In this document: positions 17,625 through 26,467 of the stretch, piece by piece
Position numbering within the stretch: the first letter of the stretch is position 1
Layout of the letters: every line of letters starts with the position of its first letter
Source of the DNA: a virus
Reading direction: 5' to 3' (one strand)
Length of the DNA stretch: 64,000 nt
IMG/VR virus record: IMGVR_UViG_3300042558_000825
Coordinates: 1-64,000 of that record
Notes under the pieces: model-generated
Databases searched by the model: none
Told to the model about the DNA's origin: nothing
The model's input: only the letters and a program-made list of their open reading frames with translations
Position numbers and translations under genes: made by a program

Positions 17625-19445
17625 TCATTGTCCTAACTTATATTGTTGATTGACCATTTCTTGGTGTAATCTATCACTACCCAATCCTCTTAACAATCTT
17701 ACGTTATCAACATTGACTTGATTTTTGTATATCTCTTTTGGTGCATAGAATGCTACATCAGGCATCATTACTGAATATGCTTGATATCCTGCAGGTTGTA
17801 TTGCCATCTTATTAATATCAACAGCTCCAGCCAATTCATTTGGCAATACATTTTTTTTCACTGTTTCTGTCTTTTGTTCTTGTGAATTTGTATTTTGTAA
17901 TATAGTACGTTCTTCTATTGCATCGTTTAATACAGAACGTGTACCCATTTTGATACCTTCATTTTGTGGTAATTCTATTTCAATACTAACTGAGTTTGGT
18001 ACACGTGAAACAAGTAATTCAAATCGTGCAGAGTCACTAGTTGTATTCATATTTTGTAAACCTGATATGTTTTCTATAGAAGGTTGAACGTAGCTATTAT
18101 TAACCATAGCAAGTGATGATGCTGATGAACTAGTATCACTATTAATTGTTTGTTGCGTTGCTGGTTTTAATAATTCAATAGTAAATGCAGTAACTGTTGT
18201 TGAATTTGATTCTGTTGTTTGTGTTGTATTGTTAGATTTTAATACTTCAACCTTACCTACAGTAGTTTGTGTAGAACCACTGAGTGGACCACTAGAACTT
18301 TGTGCTTGCATTGAACTAGTTGTTGTAGCACTAGTTGTAGTAGTTGTAGTGCTTTGACTAACTGCTGAGGCAGCAACTGCTTCTGCTTGTTCTTGTGCTT
18401 GCATTGCATCTTTGGATGCAGCCGATTCTGCGGCTTGCACTACAGACTTTGCCTCGTTGCCAATTCTAGCCTGATTACTACTAATCATACTTAATACTGA
18501 TCCTAGACTAGGTCCAGCTTTGTTATCACTTGCTGTTTTAGTTTCACTAGGCTTAGATTGTTGACCTCCTCCTTGGGGTTGACTACCGGGTGGAGGTGGA
18601 CCATTTGGATTATTACCCGGTCCTGGGCCTGGTGGGGGTGGACTACCCGGTGGCGGTTCTGTTCCAGGAGGCGGGGGCGGTGCACCATCCGGCGGGGGTG
18701 GAGCATCTCCTGGAGGAACTATTACAGGATTTAGTTTTGCAAGCGCATCATTATATCCTCTACAGCTAGGTGAGTACAATGGATTGTTAGTACACGGATC
18801 AACACTATACTTCAAACTAAAATTAACCGCAGTTATTTCTGGTCCATATGGCCCTGTTAAGTTATTAGTATCTTTACCAATAAATCCGTATACAGCATTA
18901 CCGAGATCAGGCACACCATACGCACTTTTAAAATCTCTGCTAAGATTAAAGTTTCTCCAACCGTATGTATTGTATGTTAGATCCCAGTTATAACCTTCTA
19001 ACACTTTTGAGTTTGTATTGTTGTAGATATTTACATAGGCACTGAAAATGTCGGTCTGGCCATTGTCCCATCCATTACCGTTTTTCGCTTGAAATGTAAA
19101 GTTAAATCCGTTAACTTGTAGGCCTGTACCACTATTAGGCAATGCGTTTTTAATACTAACAATCTGGTATAAATCAGTTGCCTGATTAGAGAAGTTAATA
19201 ACATTGGAACCTGAGCCCCAAGCAGCAACTCTAGGTAATCCACCACAATAACCTTGCCCACCCGGCTCCCAGCAGGTAAGCTGTTGACCAATAGTACCAG
19301 CATTTTGCCAGGTAGAGGTTATACCAGTAGCCTGATTAGTAAAGTTAGTCAGGTTACCGGTAGTAGATATATCTTGACTATTAGAATAACTTGCGGACAA
19401 CAACGCCAAGGATAGCGCCAATGCCAATTTTCTTATAAGTATCAT
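17625..19445 (-). CDS. Exported protein with beta-rich domain, CxxxPLYSPxCxGY motif and Pro/Ser/Thr-rich linker
   Basis: GAGGT RBS; signal peptide RKLALALSLALLSASYSNS; poly-Pro tract. Confidence 0.82.
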   Translation of the reverse strand: MILIRKLALALSLALLSASYSNSQDISTTGNLTNFTNQATGITSTWQNAGTIGQQLTCWEPGGQGYCGGLPRVAAWGSGSNVINFSNQATDLYQIVSIKNALPNSGTGLQVNGFNFTFQAKNGNGWDNGQTDIFSAYVNIYNNTNSKVLEGYNWDLTYNTYGWRNFNLSRDFKSAYGVPDLGNAVYGFIGKDTNNLTGPYGPEITAVNFSLKYSVDPCTNNPLYSPSCRGYNDALAKLNPVIVPPGDAPPPPDGAPPPPPGTEPPPGSPPPPGPGPGNNPNGPPPPGSQPQGGGQQSKPSETKTASDNKAGPSLGSVLSMISSNQARIGNEAKSVVQAAESAASKDAMQAQEQAEAVAASAVSQSTTTTTTSATTTSSMQAQSSSGPLSGSTQTTVGKVEVLKSNNTTQTTESNSTTVTAFTIELLKPATQQTINSDTSSSASSLAMVNNSYVQPSIENISGLQNMNTTSDSARFELLVSRVPNSVSIEIELPQNEGIKMGTRSVLNDAIEERTILQNTNSQEQKTETVKKNVLPNELAGAVDINKMAIQPAGYQAYSVMMPDVAFYAPKEIYKNQVNVDNVRLLRGLGSDRLHQEMVNQQYKLGQ

Positions 19446-20661
19446 CTATCTTTACCTCATCTACTTTTGGTAGTTTTTCTGGGTTTGCTTCCCAAGATGC
19501 TTTAGCTTGTTCACCAATCTTACCGTCGTATGGACAAGGTGTTCCTGCTGCCAACATAGCTTCAAATACACGACGGTCTTGACACATCACAGCAACTGCG
19601 GCTACCTTCATACCCATGTCGTATAGAGTTTTAGACAACTTTAATCTTTCACAATTCATGTCACGTACTGTTCCACCTGAACTTACACCAAATACTTGTG
19701 TCTGTACACTACCAGAACTACCGGTGCTACATAAGTCAGCATTGCCACCACTTAACATAGAGGGTGCAACAGCAGTTGGTGGAGGTTGAATAACTCTTTG
19801 AGTTACTTCAGTTTTATTAATATTAGTATTAGTTACCTCACCGGCTTGAATATTTGTACTTACATTAGTGTTTTGATTAATATTGTTATTAACAGCAGTA
19901 CTAGCACTAGTTGAAGTATTGATATTACGGTTAGTCATATCACCGGTATTGACATTGTTGTTTGTAGCAGTACTACTATTAACATTATTATTGTTGTTGA
20001 CGGCAGTACTAGTATTAACATTATTGTTGTTATATGTCATTGTACCAGTATTTTCATTCTTGTTTACGTTAGTATTGACACTAGTACTAGTATTAACATT
20101 ATTATTGTTATACGTCATTGTACCGGAATTAACATTAAAGTTAGTATTTGTATTTGTACTTGTACTTGTACTAGCATTGTTATTGTTATATGTCATTGTA
20201 CCAGTATTAACATTGTTATTGTTATTTGTAGCGGTACTAGTGCTTGTGCTAGCATTGTTATTGTTATATGTCATTGTTCCGGAATTAACATTATTGTTAT
20301 TATATGTCATTGTTCCCGAATTGACATTATTATTGTTATTTGTAACAGTACCGCTTTGCACATTATTATTGGTGTTTACACTAGTACTATTGTTGTTATT
20401 AGTATTATTGCTAGTACTATTGACTGCACTAGTGCTATTACTATTACTGTTACTAGTTGTATTACTGTTTGAAGTAACCGTACTAGTACTATTACTTGTA
20501 CTGTTAGTGTCTACTAGACTTTTAGAATCATACGTTCCCTGATTAATTAGGGTACTTGTACCTGTAGTTGTGCCACCAGCTGAACTTGAAGTTGTGGTGG
20601 TTTGAGCTTGAATAGTGATTGCCATGCCCATGATGGCACATATAGCGAGAATCTTTTTCAT
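19381..20661 (-). CDS. Exported Asn/Thr-repeat protein with Cys-containing domain and C-terminal hydrophobic tail
   Basis: Signal peptide; NNNNVNSGTMTY repeats; DLC...NCERLKLSKTLYDMGMKVAAVAVMCQD...GTPCP; tail IGIGAILGVVV. Confidence 0.85.
   Translation of the reverse strand: MKKILAICAIMGMAITIQAQTTTTSSSAGGTTTGTSTLINQGTYDSKSLVDTNSTSNSTSTVTSNSNTTSNSNSNSTSAVNSTSNNTNNNNSTSVNTNNNVQSGTVTNNNNNVNSGTMTYNNNNVNSGTMTYNNNNASTSTSTATNNNNNVNTGTMTYNNNNASTSTSTNTNTNFNVNSGTMTYNNNNVNTSTSVNTNVNKNENTGTMTYNNNNVNTSTAVNNNNNVNSSTATNNNVNTGDMTNRNINTSTSASTAVNNNINQNTNVSTNIQAGEVTNTNINKTEVTQRVIQPPPTAVAPSMLSGGNADLCSTGSSGSVQTQVFGVSSGGTVRDMNCERLKLSKTLYDMGMKVAAVAVMCQDRRVFEAMLAAGTPCPYDGKIGEQAKASWEANPEKLPKVDEVKIDDTYKKIGIGAILGVVVRKLF
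19880..20500. repeat. Low-complexity Asn/Thr coding tandem repeats (~36-bp units)
   Basis: Recurrent ttgttatatgtcattgtacc-like blocks encoding GTMTYNNNN. Confidence 0.85.
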
Positions 20662-20724
20662 TTTTATTATTGTCCTCTAGAATTAATATTTAGTTAGATT
20701 TTAGTTGAGAAATATCAAGCTTTA

Positions 20725-21060
20725 TTAAATTTTGATGAGTATGTCAGAGTTTGGAGTTAATGATGGCACGCCAGGCCAAACTGTTTTTAACTGAAATTTT
20801 AGAGTACTGTCACTTATTCTTCTCAGTCCTAAGGCAGTTTCGCTTGACCAATCGTAAACCCAAAACCTTTGTCCAGATGGGATTTTTTGAAGTTTGCGTA
20901 ATACTTTAGGTAATTGTTTTTTTATAATATAATCTACAGCGTGGGGAGATACCCCACGATCTTTGGCACGATCTATTGCATGTTGGTCTACTATGATTTC
21001 TAAATCATTAGTAATTATAGTACCCATAGCCGCTTCTGTTATAACTTCATTAATACGCAT
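20725..21060 (-). CDS. Late small protein with MRINEVITE leader, possibly head-packaged
   Basis: TAAATA 4 nt before ATG; N-terminal (I/V)xE motifs resemble T4-type prohead protease sites. Confidence 0.7.
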   Translation of the reverse strand: MRINEVITEAAMGTIITNDLEIIVDQHAIDRAKDRGVSPHAVDYIIKKQLPKVLRKLQKIPSGQRFWVYDWSSETALGLRRISDSTLKFQLKTVWPGVPSLTPNSDILIKI

Positions 21061-21073
21061 ATACTATTTATGC

Positions 21074-21100
21074 AAAAAGGAAAGGCTCCTGAGAGCCTTT
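21074..21100 (-). terminator. Intrinsic terminator of tmRNA gene (GGCTC/GAGCC family)
   Basis: AAAGGCTC-CTGA-GAGCCTTT; 20 bp identical to the terminator at 5018-5037. Confidence 0.85.
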
Positions 21101-21376
21101 ACTGAGTTTCTGTTACGAGGTATGTCTTACCCTAGGTAGCCTTTATCAAGCTGCCAATGCGAACTGTGAGTCGTTTGCGTTTACTTTTTTTGCTTCTACG
21201 ACCGGGAAACCCCTGTCCTACGGCTTCTGCTTTGCCGAGCTGTCCACTATGTTACTCTTTGCCCAATCGATCCTGTGTCATCCCCACCTAAATATACATT
21301 ATACACTTAGGTGGAGATGGCCGGCACTGCCCCGGCGTCTTGAACTTATTTTACATCGTTTCATACAGCAATAACT
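21101..21376 (-). ncRNA. ssrA: Two-piece (circularly permuted) tmRNA gene
   Basis: Acceptor piece first (T-arm GCCGG-GGCAGTG-CCGGC, then CATCTCC-A-CC ending ~21310), a hairpin intervening segment, then the coding piece starting GGGGATG at 21285. Acceptor stem has G3-U70. Tag ORF 21178-21146 = ANDSQFALAA-stop. Confidence 0.92.
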
Positions 21377-24300
21377 TCAATTGTATTTAGTATTAAAATA
21401 CTCTTGCAACCAAGGCCAATCATAACTTAAACGTAATTTATCTAACTCACCATTGACTGATTCATAGTATTCTACAGCATCTAATGCACCATTGATACTA
21501 TATTGGGCAAAATCTCCTTCACCTACAGTTGACCATATCTTTAATCTATGTCTGCTTATAGTACTATCTTCTAATCGTAACTTAATAGCTTCACGGAAAC
21601 TAGTACGCCAGGTACTAAACTCATCAGTATTGTATACTGCTATACCTGAATTAATATTTACGACCTCATGTTCATTATCTAGCGTAAAGTCTAATCCTTT
21701 ACCCATATTAAGTAATGTAATATGTTTATTGTATGCAATCATAGCTTGGTGACCGTATTCTAATCCATTGACCGAGTTAGTTGCATGAAAAATATAATGT
21801 TTAGGTACTTGTAGTCTATCAGGTTGCCATGACCAATCAAATTTATCATTAACACGTAACTTAGCAAATACGGTAAACATCCATGGTGTGTTACTTGATT
21901 CTGCAGCCGCATGATAGGCTGCTACACGACCGTCAACCCCATCAACTCTAACAACACGATTTTTTAGTCCTTTAGTCACTTTCAGTAAATGTTCGTAGTT
22001 CTCGTCAGCACCCGTTTCACCGTTACTTAGGAAGACTATATCCAGTGGCTTTGACTGTCCCATTTTTGTTGATTTAGTAATATATGGATAATCGTACAAT
22101 TCTTTTTCAACATAATTATTAGCTTCTTTTGGTACAACAATACGTGTGCCTCCCGTGTTAGTAATCAATATATTCTTTGACTCACTAGACCACATGCTAA
22201 TAGGTTCATCATTGGTATCCGGTGTAGTTACATTATCACTTGTAGTAAACACTGCATATGGGAAATCGTAAGAATGTTTTTTAAAGTTTAAATGTGTATC
22301 TTGTTCAGTTACAAAATTAGGTGCGGGTAAACGTTTTACTTTTTGATGCTGATTAAAGTTAATCTTCTCTATGTTTTCTAACTTATCTAAATCTTCTACT
22401 AGCTCATGTAGTTTATTTACATTAATAAAAAATGTATCACCAAACTTCTGCCTATCACTAGGGAACACATGCAATTGATCTAATGAGAATGGATCACATA
22501 TATAAGTAAAATCAAAGTTTGTATAATCACATATTGAACTGCAAACCCAAATATAATGATCTTTTTTAGTATCTAACTTATGTAGAATGTTTTTCAATGT
22601 GGTTAAATAATTATTTTCATATTTAATTTTGTGAACATTTAAACGTTTAGTTTTATTTTTAATTAATGATACCGTATCATTGATAGTAGTGTGATTACCG
22701 TAATCAATTAAATAAACATCATATAAACAATTACTAGCAATAGCACGTTTTGTTTTTAAAAAGTTTAAGTTACGTAAGTGTTCAATAATTTTTACATATT
22801 TTGTATCTTCAGCAAAGGTTTCTTTATTGACCATAAAGGTAGTACCCCAATGACTCCATTGTGTTCCAAACACATGTACCATTGACATTTGCCACGGGTT
22901 AGGATAATAATTAAATTCAAAATCAGTATAATCTAATTCACTGTTTAATATCCAACACAATTCAGTTGTAGATTTGTTGATACAGCGATTGATGGTCTCA
23001 ACCCAACTATTTAAGTAACGTGTTTTTTGTAGCGTTGGGAACTGTGTTTTAAGTTGTTCAAATCTAGTTAATGATTCTTTATTACCTTTGTCTACAAAAA
23101 ATGCATCAACTGGTTTAAACAGTTTAGATAGATATTCTTCATCTAATTTTACATTTTCAACAAAGTTTATATCTCTGTAACCGTTATGCCACATTTTACT
23201 GTTAACTAGATATGTGTGTGTTGTTTCGCTATCAGGTGATCCAAACACATTGATATTGAATGCTTGTTCTTTAGTAGGATGCCAATCAAAATTAAATGTA
23301 GTATAATCAATATTTTTACGCAAAGCCCAAAATATTTCATCTTTGTGTGCTTCTATCAATTTTTCTAAGGTGGTTTCAATATAATATTGTGGATATTGAA
23401 TCTTATTATCAGATAATAATACATTTTCTAATAACACAACATGGCCATCATTACCCGGTGTAATATATTTAGGTCCATCTTGTAAATGAATATCCTCTAA
23501 TACTGTACCAAATTGATAGATATAGGCAGGACTAGTAGCATCAGGATGCCAACTAAAGTCAAATTTTGTATCGTCAAATCCTGCAGGTATAATCCAATTT
23601 GTGTTGTCAGGTAATCGTTTAGATTTTAATACATCCAGATACTTAATTGGGGTATCAACTGTAGACCCGGGAGGTGTGTATATAGGACCATTTGTTTTTT
23701 GCCATTGTGTACCAAATTGGTATATTAAAGGATCATCATTAATATCAGGATGCCAACTAAAATCAAACTCGCTAACATCTAATCTAGATGGCACACTCCA
23801 ATATGTCATATCCGGTTTTAGTTTTGCTACAGGATAATCCATGTATTTGATATCGGTTGCGCCATTTGCAATATATTTAGGTCCACCTACTTTATCCCAT
23901 GTACTTGAAAACTGATAGATATAGGCAGGTTCAGTTGAATCCGGATGCCAACTGTAATCAAATTCTTCTACGTTAACAGGTATATCCCAATTTGTTTTAT
24001 CAGAAATACGTTTGGCTTTAAGTATATCCATATATTTTACGGGAGTATTTTCATTACAGCCCGGTGCTGTAAATATAGGACCGTCTGTCTTTTGCCATTG
24101 TGTGCCAAATTGATATACAAAAGGATCATCGTTAATATCAGGATGCCAACTAAAATCAAACTCACTAGAATCTAGGCCGGCTGGAATAGACCAATGAGTC
24201 ATATCTTGTTTAACTGTTGCAATAGGATAATCTAAATATTTTATTTCTGTAGCACCCTCTACAGTGAATTTAGGTCCACCTGTTTTACTCCAGGGACTAG

Positions 24301-25522
24301 GGAATTGATAGATATAGGGAGATTCAGTACTATCCGGGTGCCAACTAAAATCAAATAATTTTTGATCCACATTTCCAGGTATTAACCAATTGGTAAATCT
24401 CCAAGCTATAACTTCTGCTCTAATAACATCTATATATTTAATTTCTGTTGCACCGGGAACTACATATCTAGGTCCACCTGTTTTTTGATGTACCGTTCCA
24501 AATTGATATATGTAGGGAGGATCATTAGGATTAGGTTCCCAACTAAAATCAAAACTATTTTTTATAACATACGGAGGTATTTCCCAATTATCCATACACT
24601 GTTTACGTGTAGCACGTTCTTCCATGTACTTATATTCTGTTGCACCTTCAACAACATATTGAATAGAAATTTTATCTGCAGGGTTATTCCATTGATTCCC
24701 CCATGCATATATAAATGGAGGACTATAAGGGTCAGGTTGCCATGAATAGTCTATTCCATCACTATTTTCTAAATGAGTAAATCTAGCACTGTTGGGCAAT
24801 AACTCTGCCTTCATTGAATCATCGTTAATATATTTTCGTTTAGTAGCTCCTGGTACATGATACTCAACAGTTGGCATAATTTCACCAGGATATAGTGTAT
24901 TACCAAATACATAGATGTATGCGGGTTCATTTGGATCTGGTCTCCAGCTAAAGTCAAATGTAGACTTATCTATAGATTTCCATATTTTCCACTTGTCCCA
25001 TTCAGGTAATAATTCTACATCATCGTACATGTATTTTACAGTAGTAGCACCTTCAACATGATATTCTACACAATGTTTAAGTTCTGTCGGGTAGAATTTG
25101 CAACCCCATTTATATATGTAGGGAGGATCGTATGGATCGGGCTCCCAACTAAAATCAAATTTTAATTCATCTATTTTTTCTAATATTACCCAATTATCAT
25201 TTTTAATGTTTTTTCTATATATAGGTTCAACATCAGCACGATATATAATAGTATCAATATCTTGTTTTGGACATAACCATGTACCACTATCTTTATGACG
25301 GTTGCTTGGCCATACGTTATTATATTCGCTAGTCCAAACTTCGTCATCAGGTAAAAAATCAAAATCCCAATCCCAATCAAATTTAGTATAATCACAATAT
25401 TCATTGATTATCCAAAAATGTTCTGTAGTACATTGCTGTCTAGCGTCAGCTAAATCAATTGCATGTTTTTCTCGGGGGTGTGCGTTAGGTTTATTACCGT
25501 AATAAAATACATCTCTTATCAT
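21377..25522 (-). CDS. Large multi-repeat glycosyltransferase-like protein (1381 aa)
   Basis: About 9 repeats of FDFSWHPD...YIYQFG...GP.Y; C-terminal GT-A-like modules (DIVFLSNGE...RVDGVDGRVAAYHAAA) paralogous to 37095..38048. Confidence 0.65.
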   Translation of the reverse strand: MIRDVFYYGNKPNAHPREKHAIDLADARQQCTTEHFWIINEYCDYTKFDWDWDFDFLPDDEVWTSEYNNVWPSNRHKDSGTWLCPKQDIDTIIYRADVEPIYRKNIKNDNWVILEKIDELKFDFSWEPDPYDPPYIYKWGCKFYPTELKHCVEYHVEGATTVKYMYDDVELLPEWDKWKIWKSIDKSTFDFSWRPDPNEPAYIYVFGNTLYPGEIMPTVEYHVPGATKRKYINDDSMKAELLPNSARFTHLENSDGIDYSWQPDPYSPPFIYAWGNQWNNPADKISIQYVVEGATEYKYMEERATRKQCMDNWEIPPYVIKNSFDFSWEPNPNDPPYIYQFGTVHQKTGGPRYVVPGATEIKYIDVIRAEVIAWRFTNWLIPGNVDQKLFDFSWHPDSTESPYIYQFPSPWSKTGGPKFTVEGATEIKYLDYPIATVKQDMTHWSIPAGLDSSEFDFSWHPDINDDPFVYQFGTQWQKTDGPIFTAPGCNENTPVKYMDILKAKRISDKTNWDIPVNVEEFDYSWHPDSTEPAYIYQFSSTWDKVGGPKYIANGATDIKYMDYPVAKLKPDMTYWSVPSRLDVSEFDFSWHPDINDDPLIYQFGTQWQKTNGPIYTPPGSTVDTPIKYLDVLKSKRLPDNTNWIIPAGFDDTKFDFSWHPDATSPAYIYQFGTVLEDIHLQDGPKYITPGNDGHVVLLENVLLSDNKIQYPQYYIETTLEKLIEAHKDEIFWALRKNIDYTTFNFDWHPTKEQAFNINVFGSPDSETTHTYLVNSKMWHNGYRDINFVENVKLDEEYLSKLFKPVDAFFVDKGNKESLTRFEQLKTQFPTLQKTRYLNSWVETINRCINKSTTELCWILNSELDYTDFEFNYYPNPWQMSMVHVFGTQWSHWGTTFMVNKETFAEDTKYVKIIEHLRNLNFLKTKRAIASNCLYDVYLIDYGNHTTINDTVSLIKNKTKRLNVHKIKYENNYLTTLKNILHKLDTKKDHYIWVCSSICDYTNFDFTYICDPFSLDQLHVFPSDRQKFGDTFFINVNKLHELVEDLDKLENIEKINFNQHQKVKRLPAPNFVTEQDTHLNFKKHSYDFPYAVFTTSDNVTTPDTNDEPISMWSSESKNILITNTGGTRIVVPKEANNYVEKELYDYPYITKSTKMGQSKPLDIVFLSNGETGADENYEHLLKVTKGLKNRVVRVDGVDGRVAAYHAAAESSNTPWMFTVFAKLRVNDKFDWSWQPDRLQVPKHYIFHATNSVNGLEYGHQAMIAYNKHITLLNMGKGLDFTLDNEHEVVNINSGIAVYNTDEFSTWRTSFREAIKLRLEDSTISRHRLKIWSTVGEGDFAQYSINGALDAVEYYESVNGELDKLRLSYDWPWLQEYFNTKYN

Positions 25523-25549
25523 TTGATTATTTAATATCGTATAGTATTA

Positions 25550-26467
25550 TTAAATAATTCTTTTATGTTTCCACAAATCAATAGCCATGTCCAATCCGTC
25601 ATTTAAATTAACTTTTGGACTCCATCCTAATAATCGTTCTGCTTTTGCATGGGTAGAATTTAATACATATATCTCACCATCACGTTTTGGTTTAGTATTC
25701 CAATTAACTAAACCTTTCCAGTTCAACTTACTTGCAATCATATTAACTAATTCTTCAATTGTAACTGCATTGTCGGGTCCACAACAAAAGAATTCTTTAC
25801 GTGATTTATCTGGATTTGCTAGCACTGCTTCATATAAGTCTAGTAAGTCATCAATCCATAAAAAATTCCTATAGGGTTTTCCATACCCCAAATTAATTTC
25901 ATTTGGATTACTTAACATTTGTGTGATAATTTGCTCAACTACAAAGAAATCATTATCGTTTCTACCATATGTATTAGTCTGTCTTAATGCACAGAAAGGG
26001 AAGTTAAATGCCCTACCGGCATATTCTAAATAATGTTCACAAGCAAGTTTAGCTACAGCATACGGAGCATTGGGATGTTGTTTAGTTTCTTCAGTAAACA
26101 CTGGTAATACAAACTCTTTACCATGTTCAATTAAATCACTTTCTGGTTGCCATCCATAGGTTTCCATAGTAGAACTAAATAAAAATAATTCTAGGTTCTT
26201 AAGTTTTCTTGCACATTCAATAAGATTAACTGTGCCTACATAATTAATCTCGCTAAAAGTAATTTGTTCGTAAAAACTCTTTTCAACTTCTGTTCTTGCT
26301 GCCAAGTGTATAATCATGTCTGGATTAACTTCTTGCAAACGCTGGTCTACTTTTGCCAGCTCTAATAAATCACAACCCAAATCATATATTTCATATTTGT
26401 GTTGTAATCTTTTTTGTAGATATCCACCTATAAATCCACTAAGTCCCGTTACTAATACTTTTTTCAT
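25550..26467 (-). CDS. NAD-dependent NDP-sugar epimerase/dehydratase (extended SDR)
   Basis: GLSGFIG, HLAA, SS, YAVAK (YxxxK), NTYG, RNFLWIDD. Confidence 0.92.
   Translation of the reverse strand: MKKVLVTGLSGFIGGYLQKRLQHKYEIYDLGCDLLELAKVDQRLQEVNPDMIIHLAARTEVEKSFYEQITFSEINYVGTVNLIECARKLKNLELFLFSSTMETYGWQPESDLIEHGKEFVLPVFTEETKQHPNAPYAVAKLACEHYLEYAGRAFNFPFCALRQTNTYGRNDNDFFVVEQIITQMLSNPNEINLGYGKPYRNFLWIDDLLDLYEAVLANPDKSRKEFFCCGPDNAVTIEELVNMIASKLNWKGLVNWNTKPKRDGEIYVLNSTHAKAERLLGWSPKVNLNDGLDMAIDLWKHKRII

Noticed and set aside
19883-20542. 219-aa Leu/Val-rich plus-strand ORF resembling a membrane protein
   Set aside because: Antisense shadow of the Asn/Thr repeats; no RBS or promoter, opposite to all real genes
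21279-21340. Possible tRNA gene
   Set aside because: No anticodon arm and the halves are in permuted order; explained by the two-piece tmRNA
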